A DNA stretch of 64,000 nucleotides from a virus, in the IMG/VR virus record IMGVR_UViG_3300037307_000191, positions 12,357 through 76,356 of that record; one strand, given 5' to 3'. Below are positions 31,031-40,834 of this stretch, piece by piece (within the stretch, counting starts at the first letter, position 1; each line of letters begins with the position of its first letter). The notes under the pieces are model-generated. The model had not been told where the DNA came from and made no database searches. It saw only the letters and a list, made by a program, of their open reading frames with translations. Made by a program: the position numbers and the translations under genes.

Positions 31031-31774
31031 TTAGTAGTCTTTTGCAACGTCTTTTCTGACAATGATCTGAATCTCACTGAAGGTGACGTTCATGACCGTT
31101 TCTGTTGGGAACCCATTGCGCATCATCGTCCACATTCCGGCGCCTGTGTAGTTGACATCAATACTTGTGATCACTGATCGTTTGAACTTGTGTAACCACG
31201 GATTGCGATCTCCATCAAACATGTAGTCTACTTCCACCTCTCCCGGGTACTCTAGATAGGGGCTACCTCCTCCACCATCAGGACCTTCGGGGAGTGACCA
31301 CTTACGAAAGATATTGATGATATCTTTGATTTTAGTGCAATCGCTTTCGCTGAATGGAACGAACTTGAATGTGTAAGAGAAGTTGCGGAAGTCAACGCCA
31401 AGAAACAGCTGTGCCAAGTACGGATTGGGCATGAACCCTGATGCAATCTCAGCTAGATCAGTTGCAGGGTTTCCATATGACTTGATTGCAGCTCCCGCTT
31501 GCCCCATCCATTTAGCGAATTTGTTATTCTTTCCCCACTTCTCGCTTGCCTTAGTGGCCATATCAGCGACAGTTCCAAGAGCTTCTTTTCCTCCTTTGAA
31601 GTGGCTGTCCCAAGACACCGTGTTCGGTTGACCAAACGCTTCGGGCATGTACAGGTGCACTTGATCTGTCATAGAGCTTGTTGTTGTACTACCGCGCTCA
31701 TAGAATGTGAACAGCATGTGAGCTGGGAACGCAGTGGTATCCTGTAGTAAATCTGGGTACCATACCTGAGCCAT
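31031..31774 (-). CDS. Baseplate tail-tube cap (gp48-like)
   Basis: LYMPE, PNPYLAQLFLGVDFRNFSYTFKFVP, LEYP, ITSIDVNY motifs; start set at MAQVWYP. Confidence 0.85.
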   Translation of the reverse strand: MAQVWYPDLLQDTTAFPAHMLFTFYERGSTTTSSMTDQVHLYMPEAFGQPNTVSWDSHFKGGKEALGTVADMATKASEKWGKNNKFAKWMGQAGAAIKSYGNPATDLAEIASGFMPNPYLAQLFLGVDFRNFSYTFKFVPFSESDCTKIKDIINIFRKWSLPEGPDGGGGSPYLEYPGEVEVDYMFDGDRNPWLHKFKRSVITSIDVNYTGAGMWTMMRNGFPTETVMNVTFSEIQIIVRKDVAKDY

Positions 31775-31794
31775 TTCTTCTCCTCGATTGTTTC

Positions 31795-31823
31795 TATAAA
31801 TAGTTATCGTCATACTATTTATA
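31795..31823. promoter_or_regulatory. Paired late promoters on opposite strands: TATAAATA (+, 31795-31802) and TATAAATA (-, 31816-31823)
   Basis: Two exact consensus copies between the divergent gp48 and gp4 genes. Confidence 0.8.
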
Positions 31824-31834
31824 AGGAACAGTGA

Positions 31835-32282
31835 ATGAGATCTTATCCAGACCCCTACCGATTCATACCCGTCCATCCGGAGAAGTACATTGGGGATCTC
31901 AACAACATCATAATGCGAAGTAGTTGGGAACGGACGATTTGCATCTTGGTTAGATCAAAATCCTAGTATCATTCGTTGGGGCAGTGAGACTAGAGCCATC
32001 CCATACTACTCTGTTGCCGATAAGAGAGTGCGAAGGTACTTTCCTGACTTCTTTGTGATCTTCAAGAACAAGGAAGGCAAAGAGTGTAAGATGATCATTG
32101 AGATCAAACCACAATCACAAACAGCGCCTCCGAAAACAAAGAACCGTCGACCGCAAACTGTGCTGAGAGAGATGCTGGAGTATCAAAGGAATCTATCAAA
32201 GTGGGATGCTGCTCGTCAGTTTGCAGCTAGGCAGGGATGGGAGTTCAAAGTTATGACAGAAAGAGATCTTGGAATAAGGTAA
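31835..32282 (+). CDS. Head completion nuclease (T4 gp4-like); +1 shift at CGG (31931)
   Basis: PEKYIGDLNNIIMRSSWE[CGGA]RFASWLDQNPSIIRWGSE...IPY...RRYFPDF...IEIKP...KW.AA; conserved motifs on both sides of the shift. Confidence 0.85.
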
Positions 32283-32287
32283 ATCAA

Positions 32288-32795
32288 ATGGCGACAAAGA
32301 AGAGAATAAGAAGTAAAGAGTCTAAACAAGGATTGATGTGGTACTTCAATCTGATCCGAAAGAGTGCAAAGGACTTCAAGTTTGGAGCATTCAATCCAAG
32401 AAAAGATCCGTTCATTCGGCGGTGTCTTTGCGTTTCTCTATGACCCGAAGTACAAAGACGTACTTCCATACTATGACAAGTTCCCTATCGTTATCCCATT
32501 CGGAGTTGAGAATGATAGTTTTATAGGACTGAACCTACACTATCTACCGGTTGAAGAGAGAAGGAAGCTACTCACGTTTTTGATGGGACACAAGACAAAA
32601 AAGACAACCAGAGAGTACATGAACATCTCTTATCGAGCACTTGTAGCTAGCTCGCATGTTGAGTCTGTCAAACCATGTATTCACAAGTACTTGAAGTCCC
32701 ACCTTCGTTCAAGACTGGTCAAAATTAGCCACGAAGAGTGGGAGAACGTAATCGCTCTTCCAACCGCTCAGTGGGTCAAAGGAAGCCCTTACTAA
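32288..32795 (+). CDS. DNA end protector (T4 gp2-like); +1 shift at CGG (32417)
   Basis: ...DPFI[CGGC]GVFAFLYDPKYKDVLPYYDKFP...FIGLNLHYLP. Confidence 0.85.
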
Positions 32796-32804
32796 GGAAC
32801 ACAC

Positions 32805-33420
32805 ATGGCTGAGAAAACGAACGTTACAGATTTTTTGAATCTATTCCCACAAGGATTTGCTCGTCCCAACCGATACTTGGTTGAGTTGATGATGCCTCCC
32901 GGAGTAGCCGACTCTGGAAGTTGGATGAATAGTGAGAGTCAAGTTGGAACAATCACTGGAAAGGGATTGACGCTCAATTCGCGGTGGGGCTGTTCAGGTA
33001 GCTTGCCACAGTTGTACTATGCCTGCAAGAACTCTGATGGTCTATCAGCACGTGCAACATAGCACGCCATTCAACGTTCCTTACAGCCAGCAGTATGAAC
33101 CTGTCACCTTTTCATTCTATTCAGGAACACACCATCGCCAAAGACACTTCTTTGACATCTGGCAAACAGCTGTAGTAAACATCAATGACAACAGTTTGAA
33201 CTTCTTTGTTGAATACACTCAAGATATCATGATATGGCAGCTAGATAGAAAGGGGGAGAAGACGACGTACGGTGTGAAGTTATATGCGGCTTGGCCCATG
33301 TCAATCGCTGAAGTGCAATACGAGTACGGGCAGAGCAACTCCGTTGTCTCAATAAACGTCACCATGGCGTACAAGCTGTGGAAAGCTGAACACGACAAGA
33401 CAAACATCGTCATCTATTGA
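32805..33420 (+). CDS. Tail tube initiator (gp54/gp19 fold); +1 shift at CGG (32982)
   Basis: GFARPNRY N-terminus joined via NS[CGGT]GAVQVACHSCTMPART to TFY...FFDIWQ...IWQLDR...AWPMSI. Confidence 0.8.
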
Positions 33421-33423
33421 TCT

Positions 33424-33840
33424 ATGAACATCGTTGATTATGAAAACCCATGGATGTGGAAGGGCCAAGAAGTAACGAGTGAGATGATAGCGCCTTACTT
33501 CGGATTCGTCTATCTGTTGACTGATACAGAGACTGGCAAGCTATACATCGGCAAGAAACACATCTGGTCTATGCGCAAAGTTAAAGGCAAATCACGCAAG
33601 CAAAGAGTGGAATCTGATTGGAAACAGTACTACAGTAGTCATGCCGAATTGAAGCAACTAGGAAAGACTAACCCCAATCGCTTCAAGCGTGAGATACTGC
33701 ACGTGTGCCGTGGACTAGGAGAGACTAACTGGAGGGAAACTGAAGAGCAGTTCTTGAGAAGGGTTCTGTACGATGACCGTTACTACAACGATCAGATTGG
33801 CGGCAGGTGGTACAAGAGTAATGTGAGGAGATATCAATGA
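33424..33840 (+). CDS. Small GIY-YIG nuclease
   Basis: FGFVYLLTDTETGKLYIGKK...ESDWKQYYSS...FKREIL...YYNDQI. Confidence 0.85.
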   Translation: MNIVDYENPWMWKGQEVTSEMIAPYFGFVYLLTDTETGKLYIGKKHIWSMRKVKGKSRKQRVESDWKQYYSSHAELKQLGKTNPNRFKREILHVCRGLGETNWRETEEQFLRRVLYDDRYYNDQIGGRWYKSNVRRYQ

Positions 33841-34154
33841 AGACAGAATGCTCATACATCATCATTCAGCCTCATTCAATCACTATCATTGAGGGGTGGA
33901 GTAGTTCTCAGTTCCGCTATCTAGGAATCACAATGAGAACTGTATGTTGGTTTCTAAGTCTTCTCTGTTGGAGTGGACACAAATACCCTAGAAACAACTT
34001 CGTCTTAAATCAGATGTTCAAAGATCTTTGCATTGACAACATCAAGCGCGCAATCATTCAAGTTAGAAGGAATCCAAGAGATGAAACGAATACTTATCGC
34101 ACTCTGTATGTTACTCGCTTCGATAACATCCTCGTCAGCTCAGTGCACAAATGA
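33837..34154 (+). CDS. Hypothetical protein
   Basis: ATGA overlap with the upstream gene, but overlaps the next gene by about 70 nt. Confidence 0.35.
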   Translation: MKTECSYIIIQPHSITIIEGWSSSQFRYLGITMRTVCWFLSLLCWSGHKYPRNNFVLNQMFKDLCIDNIKRAIIQVRRNPRDETNTYRTLYVTRFDNILVSSVHK

Positions 34155-34524
34155 GATCAGAGTAGTTGGAGTGATTGATGGTGATACTCTCAAAGCTGTG
34201 ATCGTAGGATTCCCTGATCCATTGCGTAACGTATCCATCCGTGTCATGGGAATTGATACACCTGAAAAGAGATCCAAATGCCCAAACGAAAAGGCCCGAG
34301 CCAATCTGGCTAAGACCTTTGTTCAGGAGCAACTTAAAGTGACTCAGAACGTCACTCTGAAGAATCTTACTTGGGACAAGTATGGCGGACGTATCCTCGC
34401 AGAAGTCTTCTTCGACGACCGCGACCTCTCTGGAATGCTACTCGAAAGACACCTAGCGATACCATATCATGGAGAGAAGAAGACGTTTGATTGGTGCTCT
34501 TTCGGATCTGAAGAAGACAAGTAA
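34081..34524 (+). CDS. Thermonuclease (SNase family) with signal peptide
   Basis: VIDGDT, IRVMGIDTPE, DKYGGRILA motifs; hydrophobic N-terminus MKRILIALCMLLAS. Confidence 0.9.
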   Translation: MKRILIALCMLLASITSSSAQCTNEIRVVGVIDGDTLKAVIVGFPDPLRNVSIRVMGIDTPEKRSKCPNEKARANLAKTFVQEQLKVTQNVTLKNLTWDKYGGRILAEVFFDDRDLSGMLLERHLAIPYHGEKKTFDWCSFGSEEDK

Positions 34525-34584
34525 CTGCCAGTGCTAGGAGAGTTACGGATACGAAGATCAAACACACCGCTAGGAACGTAGTCA

Positions 34585-35281
34585 TCACAGAAACAGCTTC
34601 AAGCTAGTGGTGATGAATTCAACCTTCGCATCTAGATCAATGACGTTGTCAGGAACCACAATCATCGTCTTTCTAGTTGATGCTCGGAGAGCTTCAAAGT
34701 AGCGATAGTAAACTCCTATGATCACATCAGTGAGACTCTCTTTGTACATTCTACTATTGTACGCTTTGCTTCTCTTGTTAACATCTCCGACAACAGGGAT
34801 GCCAGGTGGAACGACAACGAAATGAGTGAAGTGTTTGGCACTGAGGGCAACACACCTATCAATAAACGCTTGTCCTCGTGAATCGAATATGCTGCTAGTC
34901 GTATCATCGATATTGGTGAGTAGATAAGCTAGAAGATCGACGGGGGTTCTATCGATAACAAAAGCCGTCATACTAGAAACCCTCGCAAGCAACCTCTCTA
35001 TCTCATCCAGAAGGAACTCTTGGACTTGAATCCTTTCTCCAAAGGTCATAGTGTCACTCGGCTTGATCGATATCCAGATATCAGAAGAGCTCATTCCTGC
35101 ATTCACATAAGCGATCCCTAACTTCTTAGCCACCTCTATGGCTGTGACTGTCTTGCCGGTTCTATGCGATCCGTGAAAATCCAATGCCCACTGACTTGTT
35201 ATCTGTTTCTGGAATCTCATAGGTTGAGGGAAGAATCTTCACTTCCGTCTTATCTATCTCTTGAAGATAATTTACTGTCAT
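34585..35281 (-). CDS. P-loop kinase (AAA_28/NadR-like); +1 shift at CGG (35173) inside Walker A
   Basis: ATG overlaps the upstream stop; VGIGFS[CGGA]SHRTGKT gives GxxxxGKT; downstream IDRTPVDLLAY. Confidence 0.8.
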
Positions 35282-36147
35282 GGTAGATACTCCAAATCAA
35301 AGATGTTGGTGAGAGAGATCACGGGTAGTCCGATGTCTTTCCACTTGAGGATAGTTGCGGCATCGTGCTCGACTACCAGTTTAACATCATAGTAGTTTGC
35401 AATCGAAGTCCAGAAGACATCCAGCTTAACACTGCTAAGTGCCTTCTTCGAATCTGAACTACGAGTGCCAATCACTTGGGCATTAGGGAACCCAATAGCC
35501 TTAAACGCTGCCTTAGTGTCCTCGACCTCATCTGCCCCATCGATCACGAGTACTGCATAGCCGCGCTCTTGCAACGCTTCGAGCATGACCACAATCTCAA
35601 ATGTCCCAGGAATGTCTTTCCTAGTTGCGATTTCAGGAGAGACTACGACAGCTTTGGCTTGAGATGTAACAGGCGGAGCGTACTGACGAGTAAACTGCTT
35701 AGTGAATTGATCCCAGAGCTTGAGGGCGCGCTTGATAGACGTTCTGTGTGTTAGACACTCAGAAAGCAGTGACCCCCACGACGCAATGACAGGATACAAC
35801 TCAACTTCATAGCCTTGTTCTGTCAGAATCTCTACATACGCCTTTCTGACTTCTTCATCGAGTGCGAATTCTCCGCACACAACCACTCCGCCCACATAGC
35901 CATTCTGGACCTCTTTCTCAGTCCTCTCAAGGAGATGTAAGATCACTTCATTCTTGATCGGCTCCAGCCAAGCCGTTAGACACAGTGAATGGTAGTTGTG
36001 AGTTTTAACGAAGACTCCTAAGATATCTTTCTCAGACACAATCCTCCAGATCTTACCTGTCTTATCTTCCTGAACAATCTGAAACACCTTAGCCTGTTCT
36101 GTGATAGCCTTCTCAGAACAACCAAAAACTAATATGGCCTTCTTCAT
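35278..36147 (-). CDS. Degenerate polynucleotide kinase/phosphatase (PseT-like)
   Basis: Two-domain layout and KLDVFWTSIANYYDVKLVV...WKDIGL tail resemble T4 PseT; catalytic motifs are absent. Confidence 0.55.
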   Translation of the reverse strand: MKKAILVFGCSEKAITEQAKVFQIVQEDKTGKIWRIVSEKDILGVFVKTHNYHSLCLTAWLEPIKNEVILHLLERTEKEVQNGYVGGVVVCGEFALDEEVRKAYVEILTEQGYEVELYPVIASWGSLLSECLTHRTSIKRALKLWDQFTKQFTRQYAPPVTSQAKAVVVSPEIATRKDIPGTFEIVVMLEALQERGYAVLVIDGADEVEDTKAAFKAIGFPNAQVIGTRSSDSKKALSSVKLDVFWTSIANYYDVKLVVEHDAATILKWKDIGLPVISLTNIFDLEYLP

Positions 36148-36332
36148 TGATCGATCTCCTTGAGTGTACTCATTATGCTATCTATGATAGGCTCAAAGTC
36201 TTCAGGTAGATCAGAATACGTCTCCTTCCTCTCTGCCTTCTTGTGGGTTGTCTTGTCTTCCAGACTCACAGTAACCTCAAATCCTTTCTCGGTGTTGGTG
36301 ATTCTCATTTCGACTTCATAGTTGCTTCTCAT
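36144..36332 (-). CDS. Hypothetical protein
   Basis: MRSNYEVEM after a GAGG RBS; packed in the operon. Confidence 0.55.
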   Translation of the reverse strand: MRSNYEVEMRITNTEKGFEVTVSLEDKTTHKKAERKETYSDLPEDFEPIIDSIMSTLKEIDQ

Positions 36333-36339
36333 AGCACCC

Positions 36340-37254
36340 TCATATCTCTTGATAGCTGCCTTTGGTGAGACCTTCACTCAAATACACTGAATGAGCGCCT
36401 GCTTCTTTCATCTCCCCTGTTGTGAGGTCGTCTCGGTATTGAGTTACAAACCACTGTGCCAAGTTTTCAACTGTTGTGTCAGTATCGATGACTATGATGT
36501 TAGCATCCTGGTTGTACGCGCATTCGAAGTAGCCGCGCTCACACTTGTATCCGATGCGGAGCATCTTAGCTTTGCTGCCTAGAAGGTTTTCATTCCAAAC
36601 GAAGTAGGCATTTTCAAGTTCACTCTTCAGCTTAGCATAGAACTTGGTTGGAATGAACAATCCATTGCCTGCCTTGTCGCATATCGATAGCCAGCTCAAA
36701 TGACCGTGGTTGAGGTTTTGACAGCCCCAGCTCGAACTGTTCTTCAACCCATGAACATAGCGAAACGGCATTGCACATTTGCTCATGGAACGCGGAATCC
36801 ACATATCCTCATTCAGTTCTACTTTGATCCTGATGCCAACATTAGGATAGATGACATTGAGTTCTGTTTCGAGATAGCGTTGTATACTGCCTGCAATGTC
36901 GCTTAGATCTACAAACCTGACAGCGTTGGTTGGGCAGATTGTACTGAAGTTAGGAGTAGTGATCTCAATCTCACCATCCTCTTCGTAGACTTCAATCTGA
37001 GGGAAGTAGGTTTCGTAGTTGGCTGGGATCCACAACTTATGATCAAATCCATAATTTTGACCATCAACGAGCGCTTTGATCGACTTCTTGATCTTACTGA
37101 AGTCGACAACAACTGCCTCGTGGCTGTCTACCTTACCAGACACCAACACATTGAGTTGCAAGCTACCGCCTTTCGGAGTACCAGTGATAGTGTCGAGATA
37201 GGCGTGATCGATTGCAGTTATGTTTCTCAGGAATAGTGTGCTTCTTTGAACCAT
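36340..37254 (-). CDS. QueD-like 6-carboxytetrahydropterin synthase (tandem T-fold)
   Basis: VVDFSKIKK...FDHKLW, YVHGLKNSSSWGCQNLNHGH, DTTVENLA, SEGLTKG. Confidence 0.75.
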   Translation of the reverse strand: MVQRSTLFLRNITAIDHAYLDTITGTPKGGSLQLNVLVSGKVDSHEAVVVDFSKIKKSIKALVDGQNYGFDHKLWIPANYETYFPQIEVYEEDGEIEITTPNFSTICPTNAVRFVDLSDIAGSIQRYLETELNVIYPNVGIRIKVELNEDMWIPRSMSKCAMPFRYVHGLKNSSSWGCQNLNHGHLSWLSICDKAGNGLFIPTKFYAKLKSELENAYFVWNENLLGSKAKMLRIGYKCERGYFECAYNQDANIIVIDTDTTVENLAQWFVTQYRDDLTTGEMKEAGAHSVYLSEGLTKGSYQEI

Positions 37255-37715
37255 CAGGATACCTCGCTATAGTACGGTATGGGATATGTTACAGTAAACC
37301 AATCTCGAGTGATAGGCTTGCCACAGTACTTATACCAGTTGAACTTCTGCTCTATCCTCTCACGCAGACGGGTTGCGATTATGTCGTAGTCCTCTAGCTC
37401 AGGCACCCAGTCATTGTAGGCATTGTGCTGTTTTGCAAGTGATACATCCAGAAAGAACTCTAGGTTGGGATTGAATCCACGGCGCACCATCTCATCAGTC
37501 AGACCGATATAGCGTTTCTCTAGATAGAGGAACTTGTCCAGCCAGAAGAGCATATGGCCACTTCCGAGTGTGTATCGACGAGGGATATCTGCAGTAGTGT
37601 GCTTACCTGATTTGATGCGCTTTGCGAGCAACGGAGGGATCATTCTCAGCTCACGCCTTTCGGCATTCAGGTGTTGATCAGTTAGGAACCAAGGATGTAT
37701 CAAGTTACAACGCAT
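37254..37715 (-). CDS. denV: Pyrimidine-dimer DNA glycosylase (T4 endonuclease V)
   Basis: LTDQHLNAERRELRMI, YTLGSGHMLFWLDK, EMVRRGF. Confidence 0.9.
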   Translation of the reverse strand: MRCNLIHPWFLTDQHLNAERRELRMIPPLLAKRIKSGKHTTADIPRRYTLGSGHMLFWLDKFLYLEKRYIGLTDEMVRRGFNPNLEFFLDVSLAKQHNAYNDWVPELEDYDIIATRLRERIEQKFNWYKYCGKPITRDWFTVTYPIPYYSEVS

Positions 37716-37716
37716 A

Positions 37717-38982
37717 TCACTTCACCTCTTTCGATGAGTTCGCTTGGGACTTATCGTGCCTGATCTTGACGTAGCGGGGAAGGTACAGGCTGTCTACGCC
37801 TCCGCCCTTCTTAGTAATACGCTCATTATATAGGACTTCGACGATGCTGTCAATGGGTCGGTTTATTGCGAATTCGATTCTTTCTGGATCCGAAAACCCG
37901 GTACCGACATTGACCCTCACTAGTCCGTCACTGGTCTCGCACACGAGTGCTCCTGTTCGTCCGGCGTTCTTGCCCGTACCTTCCTCCCAACCCACGACCA
38001 ACAGATCAACAGTTTTTTCTGCCTTGAACTTGACGAGATCGAAGGTACGCTTTGGCTGCCACACCGCATCTATGTTCTTGGCGATCACACCTTCGTGGCC
38101 TCCTTGTAGGGCTTCCTCAAAGAGCTGCTCAACCCTTGCGAGATTGTCTGCTCGCCAATTCTGCACGGGCATGACCTTGTTTGCATGATTCACAAGCGCA
38201 GCTGACAATTGGGCAAAACGTGCCTTGTAAGGTATTGATTGCGTTTGGTCAACGATGTCCCAAACCACGAAAACAACCAGGTTTGCCTCTTGAGGCGAAA
38301 TGGTATTGCGAATCGCCTTGTTCAAAATACCATTGCTGACCTTGCGATTCATAGGAACACCGTCCTGGTAGCACACGAGTTCACCGTCCCACGTTTCGCC
38401 GAGTTTGATCACCTGGCGAAGCTGATCGTACATCACCTCTAGGCTGGTGATCTGATTGCCGTTGCGGGTTCTCAAGATTATCTCATCGTTCAGTGTACGA
38501 GTTATGAGACAGCGTAACCCATCCATCTTGAGCTGAACGTAACAAGGGAAAACGAGTCGTTTAGGATCCGTTTCTGCGAGCATCAATTCATAGGTAGGAA
38601 TCGCCCCCTTCCAGATTTTATTTATGGTGGGGATGTTCACGCCACAGCGTAAATCACGATTGACGATGCGCTTTAGAACTTCAGCATCATCTGCTGTCAG
38701 GGAACATAGCAGGGCCTGATAGAATTCGATTGCTGCATTGCCAGTAACCCCACGAGTAGCAACTCGAGTTAAGAGCCTACCTATAGCAGTCTGCAGATCC
38801 ATCGCCACCGAAGTGTTGTTATAGGCAGGAGTCTTCTGGATCCAGTAGGTCAGATCCGGATTGTATGCCGCCCAGAACACTACCTTAAGCAACGCGTTAT
38901 CTTTGTGCTCTTTCAGGATATACTCTTTTTCTTTACGGCTGGTCGTAGCTGCAAGATCATTGAGAATCGCTAGGATTGACAT
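37717..38982 (-). CDS. ATP-dependent DNA ligase (gp30-like)
   Basis: KMDGLR motif I, WDGELV, EGVIAK, VNVGTGFSD, SLYLPR. Confidence 0.95.
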   Translation of the reverse strand: MSILAILNDLAATTSRKEKEYILKEHKDNALLKVVFWAAYNPDLTYWIQKTPAYNNTSVAMDLQTAIGRLLTRVATRGVTGNAAIEFYQALLCSLTADDAEVLKRIVNRDLRCGVNIPTINKIWKGAIPTYELMLAETDPKRLVFPCYVQLKMDGLRCLITRTLNDEIILRTRNGNQITSLEVMYDQLRQVIKLGETWDGELVCYQDGVPMNRKVSNGILNKAIRNTISPQEANLVVFVVWDIVDQTQSIPYKARFAQLSAALVNHANKVMPVQNWRADNLARVEQLFEEALQGGHEGVIAKNIDAVWQPKRTFDLVKFKAEKTVDLLVVGWEEGTGKNAGRTGALVCETSDGLVRVNVGTGFSDPERIEFAINRPIDSIVEVLYNERITKKGGGVDSLYLPRYVKIRHDKSQANSSKEVK

Positions 38983-38991
38983 AGTGGCTCC

Positions 38992-39951
38992 TTACTCGAT
39001 AGCGACGAGGATCGTCTTGTCGTTGATATGGCTGGTGATCTTAGTACGCTTACTCGTCTGCAATCCGAGTTCGAGGAAGATGTTTGCAGACGAGAAGAAT
39101 TCTTTGGGCTTGCGAATCGTTTTCATGAAACTCTGCTCTTCATCGAACCCACGAATGCTGCTATTGCTTACAGACAGTCCCTCCGAGCCTTTAGCCACGA
39201 AGAGCATTCCGTACTTGTAGTTTGTCTGGTACGCGAACACCTTTCGAGCTCCGACGATCTTTCCAGGACTCAAACTTACAATCCCTAGATCCTTGTCCTC
39301 TTTCTGGTAGGTCATCGTTTTGATGGCTTGGGCTGCTGGCGTCTTACTAGGTGGGACAGGCTTGATGACTTTCGTCGACACCCTCTTCAATCCAGAGACC
39401 ATGCCTCCGCAGCGAGCGTACGCATCTTCGAGTTTCATCAGGATAGCTTGATGCTTGGAGATCTGCTCACTTGCCTCGAGGATCTCTTTCTCCATCCAGG
39501 CACGAGCCACTTCAAGCTGCTTCACATCTGTTGGGATTGAAACTTCCGTCGGATCATTATCGCTCAGTATAGCGTCGACGATGTCTTCAAGCTGGTGGAT
39601 GATGATATTCGGAGCTGCCTTCTTTCGAGTTGACTGAATGGAGGGACTGGGATCCACTTCAACAGGTTTGGGATCAGTTTGAATGGCTTTGAAGAAGGCA
39701 GCCAAGGATTCAAGCTGAGTCTGGCTGACTTCAAGACCTCGAGCGATCATGCGACAGACGAACCCTCGGTTGCTGAATTGTGTGTCCTTGGCCGCCTTCA
39801 GACGATCGTACTCATCAGGGAGGTTCTGTTTGATCCAATGCAAGGCCCAGGTTTTGCTATCAGGGAATCCGAAGTTCTGGCTGTAGAAGTTCAGACCACT
39901 GGCCAAGGTGTCCTTGCAATTCGGAGCGGTAAAGTCGATTTCACGAGTCAT
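38992..39951 (-). CDS. Hypothetical phage protein
   Basis: 319-aa ORF with RBS; KTIRKP...INDKTIL C-terminus resembles conserved T4-like hypotheticals. Confidence 0.65.
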   Translation of the reverse strand: MTREIDFTAPNCKDTLASGLNFYSQNFGFPDSKTWALHWIKQNLPDEYDRLKAAKDTQFSNRGFVCRMIARGLEVSQTQLESLAAFFKAIQTDPKPVEVDPSPSIQSTRKKAAPNIIIHQLEDIVDAILSDNDPTEVSIPTDVKQLEVARAWMEKEILEASEQISKHQAILMKLEDAYARCGGMVSGLKRVSTKVIKPVPPSKTPAAQAIKTMTYQKEDKDLGIVSLSPGKIVGARKVFAYQTNYKYGMLFVAKGSEGLSVSNSSIRGFDEEQSFMKTIRKPKEFFSSANIFLELGLQTSKRTKITSHINDKTILVAIE

Positions 39952-39971
39952 CAGATGTTCCTCAGATGAGA

Positions 39972-40748
39972 TTATAGGTTGAAAGCCAGGCGGCGAGCTT
40001 CACGGATATCAGTGGTTCCAGTCGAGGTGTATGTGCCGGTGTCTGCTGAGTAGATGTAGACCAGACCCTTCCAGCGGTTGAACAGGCAGCCGATGACGGA
40101 TCCGTCTTCGCGATAGTGGAACAGATACCGGCCACCGTTCTTGTTGACTTCTTTGACGGCCCAGCCCTTCTTGGCGGCGACGGCTTTGGGGTCCGCTTGA
40201 ACCCACGGGCGAACGATCTTGACGGCGTTCAGTTGAACTGACGAGGTGGGGAACTTGAGATAAGCATTTCCGTTGACGAACTTGGTGCGAAGGTCAGCGT
40301 AGATCCTCTGCCAGAACCAGTCATGGCCAGCCAGGATCGAGTTGCGAGGATCAAGATTGTCGACGCCTAGTTTGTGTTGGGCAGCCTTCTTCGTCTTGGG
40401 GTAGAGCTGAACGGCGTGAGCGACCTCGTGAGCGGCGAGCGAAGCCAAGGCCTGAGTCCAATGAACGCCCTTCAGCTCACCGATAACCGGATCGTTCTGA
40501 ATGTGCTTGTACTCAAACTCATCAACGAGAGATCCGGTAGTGATGGCATCCGAGAAGCGCCTCACAACGAGATTGGCAGTGGGGCCTATGCTCGACCGAG
40601 TTCCGCCTAAGCTGCTGCGGCGCTTGACACCCCAAGACAGCGTGAGGGTGATGTTGAAGGACGGATCGTACTCAGCCTGTACGTATTCAACCATCGAACT
40701 GACGATCTTTGTGGCGAAATCGATGACAGGCTTTTCGTTGGGAACCAT
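39972..40748 (-). CDS. Early protein with HExxH motif
   Basis: First gene after an early promoter; AAHEVAHAVQ...HDWFWQRIY resembles SprT-like zincins; contains an in-frame CGG (40128) read through as Arg. Confidence 0.6.
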   Translation of the reverse strand: MVPNEKPVIDFATKIVSSMVEYVQAEYDPSFNITLTLSWGVKRRSSLGGTRSSIGPTANLVVRRFSDAITTGSLVDEFEYKHIQNDPVIGELKGVHWTQALASLAAHEVAHAVQLYPKTKKAAQHKLGVDNLDPRNSILAGHDWFWQRIYADLRTKFVNGNAYLKFPTSSVQLNAVKIVRPWVQADPKAVAAKKGWAVKEVNKNGGRYLFHYREDGSVIGCLFNRWKGLVYIYSADTGTYTSTGTTDIREARRLAFNL

Positions 40749-40783
40749 GGGATGAGCTCCGGGTTGATTAAGTTTGTAAACAT

Positions 40784-40834
40784 ATTGTAGCATCCTCGAG
40801 CCACGAAGTCAACCGTGTACCTAAAATATTTTTT
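40784..40834 (-). promoter_or_regulatory. Early promoter copy 1 (UP element, TTGACT-N17-TACAAT, extended -10 TG)
   Basis: Near-identical element also at 44527, 52217, 56705 and 59929. Confidence 0.85.

Noticed and set aside
34367-34588. Minus-strand hydrophobic ORF
   Set aside because: Mostly antisense to the well-supported thermonuclease gene; no independent support beyond a coupled start.
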